Sequence record: PP408249.1
Strand: one strand, 5' to 3'
DNA: 64,000 bases
Below, in pieces: positions 29,171-39,246 of the stretch (position 1 is the first letter of the stretch; the number at the start of each line of letters is the position of its first letter). The translations under genes were made by a program, and so were the position numbers. The notes under the pieces are model-generated. The model was not told the origin of the DNA and ran no database searches. It saw nothing but the letters and a program-made list of their open reading frames with translations.

Positions 29171-29640
29171 TGATAGAAATAATAGCAGCAATTGGACCTA
29201 AATTAGAAATAGGACTCAATGGACGATTGCCATGGAATTACATATCAGAGGATATGGCTCATTTTAAAAAACACACAATAGGGAAATGTGTTATAATGGG
29301 CAAGACGACGTTCGAGAGTTTAAATAAAATACCTCTGTCAGGTCGCACTAACATTGTGATGTCTACTAATGAAATTTACACAGGCGTATGTAACGTAAGA
29401 TCGGTTAAAGATGCGTTAGATACAGCAATGATAAAAGACAAAGGTATTGCAGTGATAGGCGGCGCCAGCGTTTATAAACAATTTGAAGGTATAGCAACTA
29501 AACTTGTAATAACACATATACCGGAAAAGTATATATCGTCTGCAGATACTTATTTTCCAATAGATCTAAATAACTGGAATGTTTTTAATGAATATAATAT
29601 AACATCTGATATAATTGTTAAGGAATATGTTAAAAAATGA
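29170..29640 (+). CDS. frd: Dihydrofolate reductase
   Basis: IGLNGRLPW...EDMAHFK..T, MGKTTFES, L.GR.NIV, IGGASVY. Confidence 0.95.
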   Translation: MIEIIAAIGPKLEIGLNGRLPWNYISEDMAHFKKHTIGKCVIMGKTTFESLNKIPLSGRTNIVMSTNEIYTGVCNVRSVKDALDTAMIKDKGIAVIGGASVYKQFEGIATKLVITHIPEKYISSADTYFPIDLNNWNVFNEYNITSDIIVKEYVKK

Positions 29641-29882
29641 TATTTTTTCATATTTTAGGGGTTGTAGGTACAGTATGTGTATTATTCTGTTATTGGATGA
29701 TAGCAGAAGGAAAATGGACAAATAAAACTAAAAAATATTATTTAATTAATGGAATCGGCGCGTTATTTTTATTAGCTAGTTTGATTGTTAATTTTAATTT
29801 AGGATCTGTAATTCTAGAGATATTCTTTTTGATTATTACTGTTCGTGGATATTTAAAGGCAATAAAAGAAAACAATGTATAA
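29637..29882 (+). CDS. Small three-TM membrane protein (CBU_0592-like)
   Basis: Y.LIN.IGA..L..SL...FNL.S..LE.F pattern. Confidence 0.6.
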   Translation: MIFFHILGVVGTVCVLFCYWMIAEGKWTNKTKKYYLINGIGALFLLASLIVNFNLGSVILEIFFLIITVRGYLKAIKENNV

Positions 29883-30144
29883 CGAAATAATAAACCTTAT
29901 AAATTCTGAACAAGAATTTAAGAGATTATTAAAGGCGTCTGATACTAATTTTCCTGTAAAAATATCTAAACATTTTATATTTGATAAATCTTCTAATGTT
30001 TCTCTAAATATGAAAGATATAATTTATCCTGTTGCATGTATAACTGTGTTTTCATTTGTACAAAATACAGATATAGGTGTATGTAATCATCATGTATATC
30101 CATTAGAGTGCATTAAAGCTAAATTGTTTACTGAGGAAAATTAA
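29875..30144 (+). CDS. Hypothetical protein
   Basis: Coupled ORF in operon. Confidence 0.55.
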   Translation: MYNEIINLINSEQEFKRLLKASDTNFPVKISKHFIFDKSSNVSLNMKDIIYPVACITVFSFVQNTDIGVCNHHVYPLECIKAKLFTEEN

Positions 30145-30699
30145 ATGGGATCTCATTTAATAAAAACTGGTGTAAAAAATATAAAAAATAATTCTCAACA
30201 GATAGAATTTGACGATATAGTTAAGTTAGTATCTGATTCGTATAACAGATGTGTAAATGAAATAAACAAATCAAAAATAGAATCCGATCTGTTATTAGAA
30301 ACAACGTACTCTGAAGAAATAGAATATGTCGAACGGATAATTAATTTTTATAGGAAAAAAAATACAAAATTATTGTTAAATGCAATGAAAATTACTAAAA
30401 CAAAACATTTACTTTTTTCTATTAAGTCTGCAACTGCTCGCCCTGCTCACGGCGAAGTGCTATGTATTGGTAGATATAAAGGTTGGCCATCTGCTTGGGC
30501 TATACTTGAAAATGTAATAGGTATACACACATTTTGTGGTAATTCTAATCAACAACAATTTCAACTATTAAATATAAACTTAATAGACAAAAAATTTATT
30601 AATAACGTAGTGGATGAAAATGGAAATATAATTAATGATTCCGAAATTCGTAAGGAATTAGAAGAATACGCTGTAGTAACCAGGAAAAGTTGGTATTAA
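30145..30699 (+). CDS. Hypothetical protein
   Basis: Coupled ORF in operon. Confidence 0.6.
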   Translation: MGSHLIKTGVKNIKNNSQQIEFDDIVKLVSDSYNRCVNEINKSKIESDLLLETTYSEEIEYVERIINFYRKKNTKLLLNAMKITKTKHLLFSIKSATARPAHGEVLCIGRYKGWPSAWAILENVIGIHTFCGNSNQQQFQLLNINLIDKKFINNVVDENGNIINDSEIRKELEEYAVVTRKSWY

Positions 30700-30714
30700 T
30701 AATAGGGGTAAAAC

Positions 30715-31278
30715 ATGAATATTTCCTTGCGCCGCGCCAGAAAATTAGAAATTAAATTAAAGAATTTTTTAAATGAATCTGCAAATTATAAAGCACAGAT
30801 TAGGGTAAATTCTAATAGTGAACAAATCATAGAAACACTACATGTATCTAGGGTAAAATTTGAAACTGAACTAGAAAATAAAAGAAAACTAATATCTGCT
30901 AGATTTAAAATAAGAGAACTAATTGGTAAAAATAATCACAACGTAGGTATTGATAATCTTATTACCCAGAGAGAGCACATAAAAGAACAAATAGTTCTTC
31001 TGCAAACTATGTTACTTAATGATACTGTAGAAGATTGTATTGCATGTGATATAATAGAAGCAGAACGAAAACTCAATGAATCTATGGGTAAGAAAACTAC
31101 TGTAGTTCCTGTTTCTATTATAAATTCTAATTTAAAATCAAAATACTTATTAGAAAAAAATTCATTAAAAGCACGTTTAGACGAAATTGATGAAAAGATT
31201 TTATCGTTAAACAATTCTACTACTATAACAATTGATGACGATATAAAAGAATTATTGTTAGATAATAGACTTATTTAA
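30715..31278 (+). CDS. Hypothetical coiled-coil protein
   Basis: Heptad pattern, GGGG RBS. Confidence 0.6.
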   Translation: MNISLRRARKLEIKLKNFLNESANYKAQIRVNSNSEQIIETLHVSRVKFETELENKRKLISARFKIRELIGKNNHNVGIDNLITQREHIKEQIVLLQTMLLNDTVEDCIACDIIEAERKLNESMGKKTTVVPVSIINSNLKSKYLLEKNSLKARLDEIDEKILSLNNSTTITIDDDIKELLLDNRLI

Positions 31279-31349
31279 TAATCATATATAACTATTGACG
31301 TTATATTTTAATTGTGTTTTACTATGTAAAAATTTTAAGGAATAAAAAT

Positions 31350-31601
31350 ATGAAAGTAGAAATTTACGGTAAAGAAAATTGTCCGCATTGTAAAAATGCA
31401 GTTCAGTTATGTGAAATGAGGGGATTAGAATACCATTATTACGATGTTAGTGATCAAGAAACCGGACCGGATTTAATAACGGAATTAACTAATCGCATAG
31501 GAACTAGACCGAAATCTGTTCCTCAAATTTTTATCGATAATCAACATGTGGGGGGATATACTCAGTTTCATTGTGCATTAGATGCAGCAAGGAATATGTA
31601 A
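31350..31601 (+). CDS. Glutaredoxin
   Basis: IYGK..CPHC, SVPQIFI...VGGY; ATG 31350 with AAGG RBS. Confidence 0.9.
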   Translation: MKVEIYGKENCPHCKNAVQLCEMRGLEYHYYDVSDQETGPDLITELTNRIGTRPKSVPQIFIDNQHVGGYTQFHCALDAARNM

Positions 31602-31751
31602 ATAAAACTATTGTATGTTTTTGTGTAAAGATGTAATACTTCGTTTTATCGGTTAAATTTTAAAAATTTTCTAATTCAGTAAACAAAAAGGTCGTGTTAG
31701 AAACATTTTGTAAAAATTTCTTTAAAACTTATATAGATATTTGGTTATTAC

Positions 31752-32282
31752 ATGTCTAGCATATATAGTAAGTTAAAAGATATAATAATTATCGATGTGG
31801 AAGCTAGTGGATCGTATCCTATTGAGATTGGATTTATAACTAGTTCGGGCAAAATAGAATCTAATTTAATAAGAAGACACCATTCTTGGTTATCTTGGGA
31901 CTATAGAGCAGAAAGAAAAGTCCATAAAATTTCTAAGAGTATGCTTAGCTCGCACGGAATAAGTGTCAGGAATGCTTGCACATGGTTAAATGAGTCATTA
32001 TGCGGAAAGACTGTATATTCTGATTGCGCACAAAATGATAATAAGTGGTTACGTGCATTATTTTCTGCAGGAAACTGCGGGCAGAATTTTAGAGTATTAG
32101 ATACTAACAATCTAATGCCGCAGTATCCGAAACGGTTTTATAATGAAAAATTTTTAGAATTTAAGAGAAAGAATTATAAATTAACTCAACAACACAGAGT
32201 AGATTCAGATGTTTTAGTAATTAAAGATTCTTTATTGGAACTAGCAGAATTGGAAGAGTTTATTAATGAGCAGTTTAACTGA
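31752..32282 (+). CDS. DEDDh 3'-5' exonuclease
   Basis: IIDVEASG, YPIEIG, D..WL, HR.D.D. Confidence 0.8.
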   Translation: MSSIYSKLKDIIIIDVEASGSYPIEIGFITSSGKIESNLIRRHHSWLSWDYRAERKVHKISKSMLSSHGISVRNACTWLNESLCGKTVYSDCAQNDNKWLRALFSAGNCGQNFRVLDTNNLMPQYPKRFYNEKFLEFKRKNYKLTQQHRVDSDVLVIKDSLLELAELEEFINEQFN

Positions 32283-32445
32283 TATAAAAGAATTGATAGA
32301 AAAGAAGAGCATTAATATAGCCATACTAGAATTTTCTGGCTGGTACTTAAAGACTAATATTGGTATTTTTACATTAATAGGAGACCAGTATTATAAAGAT
32401 GGAACACCTATTTCTAAAAAAGAAATTGAGGAACTTCTAAAATGA
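32266..32445 (+). CDS. Small hypothetical protein (59 aa, below track cutoff)
   Basis: Fills the gap; ATGA overlap with next gene. Confidence 0.6.
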   Translation: MSSLTDIKELIEKKSINIAILEFSGWYLKTNIGIFTLIGDQYYKDGTPISKKEIEELLK

Positions 32446-32729
32446 AACGAGTTGCATTATTGATACCATTGTGTGTTTTATATGGTTGCAGTTCTAATCC
32501 ATATGAAAACAATATAGTCAATAATGCAACTCGTTATGTAACAGTAGAAACACCAGAAACAATAAGCAGAAACATTGCAAACCGATATGTATTAAATACC
32601 GATGAATTTCCTGCAAAACCCCACGACACATATAAAATGTATGGCGAACAAATTAAATCTACCTTTAGGGGAAATGCAAGAAGATTAATAGAATCTACTA
32701 TTATTTCTATATTTAGAAATAATAGATAA
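32442..32729 (+). CDS. Putative lipoprotein
   Basis: MKRVALLIPLCVLYGC lipobox. Confidence 0.65.
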   Translation: MKRVALLIPLCVLYGCSSNPYENNIVNNATRYVTVETPETISRNIANRYVLNTDEFPAKPHDTYKMYGEQIKSTFRGNARRLIESTIISIFRNNR

Positions 32730-32731
32730 TA

Positions 32732-33160
32732 TTATTTCTTTCTTTTCTTAGATGCTACAGGTTTTATTTCGTCTGCTGCATGTTCTGTTTTAGATTCGTT
32801 ATTAACTGTAGTTTCATTAGAAACAATTGCTTTATTTGTCGGTTTCTCTTCTATTTTAGAAAAATCTTTACATGCATCCCATTCGAACTCTTTAAAATGT
32901 GCAGGACCATCGTATACAACTACTCTTACTTCTTCGATTTTTAAAGTAGGATATATTACACCATCTATTTCTACTAAGCCGCAAATTTCAAACTCCTTTA
33001 AGAGCGAAGGATCGGTTTGATTAGTTAACACACATCTTCCGGTGCATTTACCTACCTCTACATTAAATTTTCTATTGCTTATTTGGGATAATATTGTTGC
33101 TTTTCCTGCAGGTTCATAAGGAACTTTGGCAAAAAATTTTACTTTATTAAGAAATATCAT
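32732..33160 (-). CDS. Hypothetical late protein
   Basis: GGAG RBS, late promoter complement 33184-33191. Confidence 0.65.
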   Translation of the reverse strand: MIFLNKVKFFAKVPYEPAGKATILSQISNRKFNVEVGKCTGRCVLTNQTDPSLLKEFEICGLVEIDGVIYPTLKIEEVRVVVYDGPAHFKEFEWDACKDFSKIEEKPTNKAIVSNETTVNNESKTEHAADEIKPVASKKRKK

Positions 33161-33202
33161 AATCTTCTCCTAAGTTTATTTAATATTTATCTGCTAATAC
33201 AT

Positions 33203-33231
33203 TTGACGAAACACATTGAATATTTTAAAAT
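33203..33231 (+). promoter_or_regulatory. Sigma70-type promoter for rIIA
   Basis: TTGACG-17-TAAAAT. Confidence 0.6.
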
Positions 33232-33271
33232 ATTGCAAATAAACACGTATAATTCAGTTTAGGAGTGTAGC

Positions 33272-35458
33272 GTGAAATTAGAATCGGATAATTCTGTAAC
33301 AATAGAATCTACAAATATGGTAGGTGGAAAATCTTTCACTATTAAAAATAGTCCGAAAGCCTTTTCTATTCTATCTAACGGATTATATAAAGATAAAATT
33401 CGTGCAATTGTAAGAGAAATTGGGTGTAATGCACGAGATAGTCATGTTGCAGCAAATAAATGTGATGTTCCTTTTGAATATCATGTTCCTACTGATTTAG
33501 AGCCGTTTTTTAGCATAAAAGACTTCGGTGTAGGTTTAGATTACAACGAAGTAATGAATATTTATACTACTTATTTTGATTCTACAAAAACCCAATCAAA
33601 TGATTTTATTGGTGCTTTTGGGCTCGGATCAAAGTCACCGTTTTCCTATGTAGATAATTTTTCTATAATTTCTACAAAAGATGGAATAACAAGAACTTTC
33701 GCTGCATTTATAAGTGAATCTGGTGTTCCGGATATGCTTATGCTAAGCGAAATAAAAACAAATGAGCCCAACGGAGTTGAAGTAAAGATTCCTGTATCAA
33801 ATCGGGCTGATTACAAAATTTTTGATAAAAACTGTGTAGATGTATATTCGTGGATGAATGTGTTGCCAGTAGAAGTAAATGGCCACCATGTATTAAAAAC
33901 CCCAGAAGTTTTTCTGTCTGTAACAAACAGAGCTACAATATATAAAGGCACTAACGAATCACATAAACTATACGCAAGACAGGGCGGAGTATTATATCCA
34001 ATTGATATAGAATCTATATCCGAAGAATATCTCGATGATAGCTATGTCCGTAAATTAGATAATAGAAACTTTTATTCATATTTTGTTGTAATAGATTTTA
34101 GTATAGGAGAATTAGATGTATCTGCATCTAGAGAAGAATTATCTTATATTCCGTTAACTCAGAAAAATTTATCTACTGCATTAATTGATTTCGTATGTTC
34201 CTTTACTAAAGCTATTACAGATGATATAAATTCGAATATAGACGCAGTAACGAAAACAAAAGTGTTATATGAATATAAACAGAAATCATTTAATATATTT
34301 GTTCCTGATATAAAAACATTAACCAATATCATATATGCCAATATTTCGGATTCTGTAGAGATAGGTCAAGTATATATACCGATATCTGAAGTAAAAGCAT
34401 TGTTTACCAATGTTAACTATTATACACTGGATTATGGTATTTTTAGGAAGGCAAGATTTTTAGTTACATACTATAAACATCTAAGTACAGGTGAAATAAA
34501 AAGATATAGAAATTATACTACTTCCAGTGCCTCATACGAAGGTATAACATATATTTCTGATAATATAGCAATTGACGATAGTAATACTGTAAAATATTTT
34601 ATAATAGATGATAATACATCGACAAGAGCAATAAGAGACTATATATCGAATATTTACAGAGCACGGTGTAAAGTTATAATTTGTAAAAATAAAAATGGAA
34701 AAATAAAAAGAAACGATATATATAATTTCGCAAGAAAATATTATATTTCTAAATCGCAAATTATATTTTCGTCTGATCTAAATATTCCTGTTATTCCTAA
34801 GCAAAATAACAGAATCAAAAAAGAAGATGAAGAATGTATTTTGTTATGCAGAAGTTATAATGTATGGAAAGAATCGATAGTAAAGCTGTCTGATATAAAG
34901 GATGATTGCTATTATGTAGAATTTTCTGGATGGAATATGACTACTGATTTGTCTGATTCGGATATTACTGCACTTACATTATATCATTCTAAACCAATAT
35001 ACGGGGTAAGAAAGATAAACTTAGATCAGGTCAAGAAAAATAAACATTTTATTCCTATTACTGATCATGTAATAGATGAAATGTATAATAATGTTAAGGA
35101 TGTTATAAAACAGTGTAGACCAGATTCTACTTACTCTGATGTAGACAAATTGCTTCATTATATAAATTCTGCAAACTTAAAGGACTCATTAACAAATACT
35201 GAAATAAAAGAATATGAAAAATACAAAAATACTTATAAACCGATTAGTGAGTCGTCGATTAAAAATATCATACGACATTTAGATACAGAAAAACTAGATA
35301 ATCAATTAAAAATAATACATAAACGCGCCAGCCGGTACGAAAATATTCTATCTAAGTATCCGCTTATTGAACACGTCAATTTAAGTAAAGTAGGTATACT
35401 ACACGTAGTGAATTATATGAATATGATAGATAACAACGGAGAATCTAAAAATGACTAA
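33272..35458 (+). CDS. rIIA: rIIA protein
   Basis: GHKL-like N-terminus REI..NA.D.H, D.GVG, G.FGLGSKSPF.Y; SREELSY. Confidence 0.9.
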   Translation: MKLESDNSVTIESTNMVGGKSFTIKNSPKAFSILSNGLYKDKIRAIVREIGCNARDSHVAANKCDVPFEYHVPTDLEPFFSIKDFGVGLDYNEVMNIYTTYFDSTKTQSNDFIGAFGLGSKSPFSYVDNFSIISTKDGITRTFAAFISESGVPDMLMLSEIKTNEPNGVEVKIPVSNRADYKIFDKNCVDVYSWMNVLPVEVNGHHVLKTPEVFLSVTNRATIYKGTNESHKLYARQGGVLYPIDIESISEEYLDDSYVRKLDNRNFYSYFVVIDFSIGELDVSASREELSYIPLTQKNLSTALIDFVCSFTKAITDDINSNIDAVTKTKVLYEYKQKSFNIFVPDIKTLTNIIYANISDSVEIGQVYIPISEVKALFTNVNYYTLDYGIFRKARFLVTYYKHLSTGEIKRYRNYTTSSASYEGITYISDNIAIDDSNTVKYFIIDDNTSTRAIRDYISNIYRARCKVIICKNKNGKIKRNDIYNFARKYYISKSQIIFSSDLNIPVIPKQNNRIKKEDEECILLCRSYNVWKESIVKLSDIKDDCYYVEFSGWNMTTDLSDSDITALTLYHSKPIYGVRKINLDQVKKNKHFIPITDHVIDEMYNNVKDVIKQCRPDSTYSDVDKLLHYINSANLKDSLTNTEIKEYEKYKNTYKPISESSIKNIIRHLDTEKLDNQLKIIHKRASRYENILSKYPLIEHVNLSKVGILHVVNYMNMIDNNGESKND

Positions 35459-36194
35459 TGCAATTCCATATATTATTAGAAAAGATAGTGTAACGGTGGT
35501 ATTAACTGATACTCCGTATATCATAAGGGAATCTGATAAAAAATATAAAAAAGCAATTAAATTTATAAAAGCCGAACAGTGGGATGAATTAAAGAAATTA
35601 ATTGATGTTAAAAATCATATTTCTGAATTCCTGAATGGTAAAATTAAAGTAGTCCGCGGTCGGTTTGAGTATAATGGTCAGGTAATTCATAATTCCTTAA
35701 CTAAACGGATTATGCAAATGCATTCTGACGGTTTTCCAGTAGACCCGATGATTAATTTCCTTGTAAATTTAATGGAAAATCCTAGTTTTACTGCGGTTAA
35801 TGGTTTGTATGATTTCTTAGAAACAAATAATCTTCCTATTACTACTGACGGATTCTTTTTAGCATACAAACGAATTCGTGAAGATTATACTGATGTAAGA
35901 ACTGGCACAATAGATAACAGCGTAGGTAAAGTTGTTTCTATGCCAAGAAATGAAGTACAAGATAACAGCAATATTACTTGCGCTCCTGGATTGCATGTAT
36001 GTTCGCGCGAATATCTACAACATTTTAGTGGTGAAAAGGTAATATTAGTAAAAGTAAATCCTAAAGATGTAGTGTCTGTTCCTAAGGATTATAATTTTTC
36101 TAAAATGCGTACTTGTAAATACGAAGTAATATCTGAGCTGTCGTTAGAAGATGCGTTTGAAGATATTGCATCTAACAAGCCAGTTCACAGTTAA
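35451..36194 (+). CDS. rIIB: rIIB protein
   Basis: LY.FL...LPIT.DG.FLAYK, MPRNEV, C..GLH, K.R.C.YEV. Confidence 0.9.
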   Translation: MTNAIPYIIRKDSVTVVLTDTPYIIRESDKKYKKAIKFIKAEQWDELKKLIDVKNHISEFLNGKIKVVRGRFEYNGQVIHNSLTKRIMQMHSDGFPVDPMINFLVNLMENPSFTAVNGLYDFLETNNLPITTDGFFLAYKRIREDYTDVRTGTIDNSVGKVVSMPRNEVQDNSNITCAPGLHVCSREYLQHFSGEKVILVKVNPKDVVSVPKDYNFSKMRTCKYEVISELSLEDAFEDIASNKPVHS

Positions 36195-36207
36195 TAAAAC
36201 TGTACAT

Positions 36208-36234
36208 AAAAAGGGATGCATTGCATCCCTTTTT
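36208..36234. terminator. Intrinsic terminator
   Basis: AAAAAGGGATGC-ATT-GCATCCCTTTTT. Confidence 0.8.
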
Positions 36235-36277
36235 ATTTTATTATAAAATATGTTACTATCCGGTAATGGTATAAAAT

Positions 36278-38299
36278 ATGAAAAATTATTTGTTAACTGT
36301 ACCTGTCAATTCTAATGTAGATTATACTAAACTAGATATACACGATTTTATTCCTGCAATAAAAGAATTAACAACTAGATTATTTTATAACACAGGTGTA
36401 ACACTTCAAAAAGAAACTATTTTGTTTAATGATTTGGTAGTATCCGAAGATGCTAGTCGATTAGCATTTATTAATAGCATTTTGCATAATCTATTGAATA
36501 CTTGCTCTACTACTGAGTTAGAAAATATTGCAGATGAGTGTGATACCATTTGCACAGAATACTATAATAATTCTAGAATCGCATATTCTGAAAGAGAATA
36601 CAATGCATATAAAAATATAAAAAATAATGAATCGTATTTTTCAAGTCTAAAATATTATGAACAAAAATATGTAATTGATGCTATAGAATATTACGAAGAA
36701 GAATCTGATATTAATTTCTCGCATGATACAAAAATATACCTATCATCTTTATATTCGAAACTTAATAAAGCACAGCAGAATTTTTCTAATAATATAATAA
36801 AACATACTGCAAAAAACAGGTATTATTTTGAACACGATTTCCAAGTTGAAGGTATACCAGATAACATAAAAGATATAATGCGGGAGAATGCAAGGGCAGA
36901 CGGTCATGAATCCGGATATGTAGCTACAACTGAACACTACATCTACACAGCTATAATGCAATATTGTTCGTACGAGTATACTAGAAAAACAATGTTAGAA
37001 GCTTTTTATGTAGCTAGTAACGGCGAATATAGCAATACAACTAATATAACAGATATTGTATCTATTAAATCCGAAATAGCAAAATTGTTTGGGTTTAGTA
37101 CGTTTGCAGAAAAATCATTAAAGCATAAAATGGCAAAAACACCCGATAATGTATTTTCTGTATTAAATAAATTGAAAGACTTAGTAGTAGATAAAGCATT
37201 AGAAGAAGAAAAAGAACTTTTAACTTTCGCTAAATCTAAAGGATACCAACGACCTTCTGTCCGCGCCGCTGACAGAAATTATTATTCTACTATGAGATTA
37301 AAAGAAGAATATAATTTAGACAAAAAGGTTATAGAAGAGTATTATACATATGCCGGTGTTCTTCCTTGTATATATGGTGTTATAAAAAAACTTTTTGATG
37401 TTACATTTGTAGAAGACCCTAATACATCTGTGTGGCATGAAGATGTTAAATGCTATAAGGTATTCGAAGATAGCAAGCATATTGCATATATTTTTATAGA
37501 TCCGTTTTCTAGGAACGGAAAACAATCCGGGGCATGGATGAATGGTATTATTAAAAGGGATTTTGCTTATAATACCACTCTACCGGTTGCAGTAATAGTG
37601 ACTAATCTGTCAAAAACATCTATTACGTTAGATGATGTACGTACACTCTTGCATGAATTTGGTCATGCATTACACCATGTACTTACTAAAGTAGAATTTC
37701 CTAATTATAATGGAATTTCTGTAGAATGGGATGCAGTAGAATTGCCGAGCCAATTATTGGAAAATTGGATTAATGATAAAGAGCTTTTAATTGAAATGTC
37801 GTCTCATTATTCTACAAAAGAAAAAATTCCAGAATATATAATTGATAACTGGTTGGCTATAGATAATTATATGGCTGCGTCTTCGTTAAGAACACAGTTA
37901 TTATATTCATTAGTAGATATGAAAATTTTTAATAGCAATGCAAAGACAGATAAAGATTGTATAGAAATTTTTAATGAAGTAGCAAAAGATTTAAAATTAA
38001 ACACAGAAGATAATCCGTTTATGCATTTGTTTTTATATTCGTTTTCTCATATATTTTCCGGAGGATATACAGCAGGTTATTATAGCTATTTGTGGGCAGA
38101 AATTATGTCAAGTGATGTTTATTTAGAATTTAAAAATAAAGGAATGTATAATATAGAATTTGCTAATAAAATTAAAAAAGATATTCTATATGCAGGTTCT
38201 ATTAATGACTTTGATGTAATGTATAGAACATTAATGGGTAGAGATCCTGACCCAGAATCTCTGCTAATAGTTAGGGGATTGCAGAATAGCAAAAAATAA
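36278..38299 (+). CDS. prlC: M3A oligopeptidase A-like zinc peptidase
   Basis: HEFGHALHH, WDAVELPSQLLENW, K.SGAWM, FSHIF.GGY.AGYYSYLWAE. Confidence 0.92.
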   Translation: MKNYLLTVPVNSNVDYTKLDIHDFIPAIKELTTRLFYNTGVTLQKETILFNDLVVSEDASRLAFINSILHNLLNTCSTTELENIADECDTICTEYYNNSRIAYSEREYNAYKNIKNNESYFSSLKYYEQKYVIDAIEYYEEESDINFSHDTKIYLSSLYSKLNKAQQNFSNNIIKHTAKNRYYFEHDFQVEGIPDNIKDIMRENARADGHESGYVATTEHYIYTAIMQYCSYEYTRKTMLEAFYVASNGEYSNTTNITDIVSIKSEIAKLFGFSTFAEKSLKHKMAKTPDNVFSVLNKLKDLVVDKALEEEKELLTFAKSKGYQRPSVRAADRNYYSTMRLKEEYNLDKKVIEEYYTYAGVLPCIYGVIKKLFDVTFVEDPNTSVWHEDVKCYKVFEDSKHIAYIFIDPFSRNGKQSGAWMNGIIKRDFAYNTTLPVAVIVTNLSKTSITLDDVRTLLHEFGHALHHVLTKVEFPNYNGISVEWDAVELPSQLLENWINDKELLIEMSSHYSTKEKIPEYIIDNWLAIDNYMAASSLRTQLLYSLVDMKIFNSNAKTDKDCIEIFNEVAKDLKLNTEDNPFMHLFLYSFSHIFSGGYTAGYYSYLWAEIMSSDVYLEFKNKGMYNIEFANKIKKDILYAGSINDFDVMYRTLMGRDPDPESLLIVRGLQNSKK

Positions 38300-38390
38300 T
38301 AAATTTTGCTGCATATATAAAAAGCTATGTAACGCTGTGCTATTTGGCTTTTGTTGCATTTTATAGCACAAAAACCCCATAAAAATAGCC

Positions 38391-38419
38391 TAGACAAGCA
38401 ACTGTAAACACTGTATAAT
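38391..38419 (+). promoter_or_regulatory. Sigma70-type promoter
   Basis: TAGACA-17-TATAAT with extended TG. Confidence 0.65.
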
Positions 38420-38446
38420 TGCTTTATTATAGTAAGGGATAAAATA

Positions 38447-38743
38447 ATGAACATTCATTTATCTTTTAAGGAACAACTTTCTAAGCTAATTGATGAAAAC
38501 ATAAATAAATACCCCGATGCTATAGATTGGATAGTATCTCAAATGGCTTTAATAGATATTGAATCTAAAAAGACAAAAGCAGAATCTATTATGGAAGCTC
38601 TTATAGGTGATACTGAATTTTTTAATAACCCTTTAGAACAGGGTGGAAGTAATAAAGATTTTATAGTGTGGTATGTAACTAAATATAATTGTACTACTAA
38701 ATACGCTATAGAACGGTTACTTCATTATTGTAAACAGAATTAG
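38447..38743 (+). CDS. Hypothetical protein
   Basis: 98 aa, AGGGA RBS. Confidence 0.6.
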   Translation: MNIHLSFKEQLSKLIDENINKYPDAIDWIVSQMALIDIESKKTKAESIMEALIGDTEFFNNPLEQGGSNKDFIVWYVTKYNCTTKYAIERLLHYCKQN

Positions 38744-38832
38744 CCCTTAGGACCGCCAAATGTTTTGGCTTAAGGCGCACCGGTGCTGTATCGGAGCTTA
38801 GTGATTCGCTACCACAAAAGCATAAGCAGCTA
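38741..38832 (+). ncRNA. Candidate small multi-hairpin RNA element
   Basis: Three hairpins closed by TAGC/GCTA, immediately before a terminator. Confidence 0.35.
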
Positions 38833-38858
38833 GGAGACTTAAAACGTCTCCTATTTTT
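38831..38858 (+). terminator. Intrinsic terminator
   Basis: TAGGAGAC/GTCTCCTA + TTTTT. Confidence 0.7.
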
Positions 38859-38879
38859 ATATATACAGGAGTAAAGTAT

Positions 38880-39071
38880 ATGAATAGCGATTATGCTTCT
38901 ATGTTTATAGTATTATTTGCCATATTAGTTGTGTTTATTTGTAAACCGACAACATTTAACGAGCCTAAAAACACCGTCGATACAAACAACAGCAATGTAG
39001 CGAACAACAGTATTCCCCTTACAGGAAACATTTCTAGAACACCGGGTATAGGTACAGGTATAGGATTATGA
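38880..39071 (+). CDS. Small single-TM protein
   Basis: Hydrophobic N-terminus, GGAG RBS, Gly-rich tail. Confidence 0.55.
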   Translation: MNSDYASMFIVLFAILVVFICKPTTFNEPKNTVDTNNSNVANNSIPLTGNISRTPGIGTGIGL

Positions 39072-39220
39072 AAAAGAAAAACCCAATCGAGCGCAATCCA
39101 GTTGCACATCATGTAAACACATTTAACAAACCTAAAGTAGAAAAAGACAAGACAAAATACTCTAGGAAACAAAAACACAGGACTAGGAATAGTCCTGATT
39201 TTTTATGTATAATATATTGA
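39068..39220 (+). CDS. ArfA-like small basic protein (50 aa, below track cutoff)
   Basis: MKKKNPIERNPVAHHVNTFNKPKVEKDKTKYSRKQKHRTRNSPDFLCIIY*; ATGA coupling and AGGA RBS; F...VEK.K..Y.RK.KH pattern. Confidence 0.6.
   Translation: MKKKNPIERNPVAHHVNTFNKPKVEKDKTKYSRKQKHRTRNSPDFLCIIY
39178..39204 (+). terminator. Intrinsic terminator inside the ArfA-like ORF, upstream of its stop
   Basis: CAGGACTA-GGAA-TAGTCCTG-ATTTTTT; stop codon at 39218-39220. Confidence 0.75.
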
Positions 39221-39246
39221 CAGATATTGTATTTGGAATATACAAT
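39217..39246 (+). promoter_or_regulatory. Sigma70-type promoter
   Basis: TTGACA-18-TACAAT. Confidence 0.55.
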
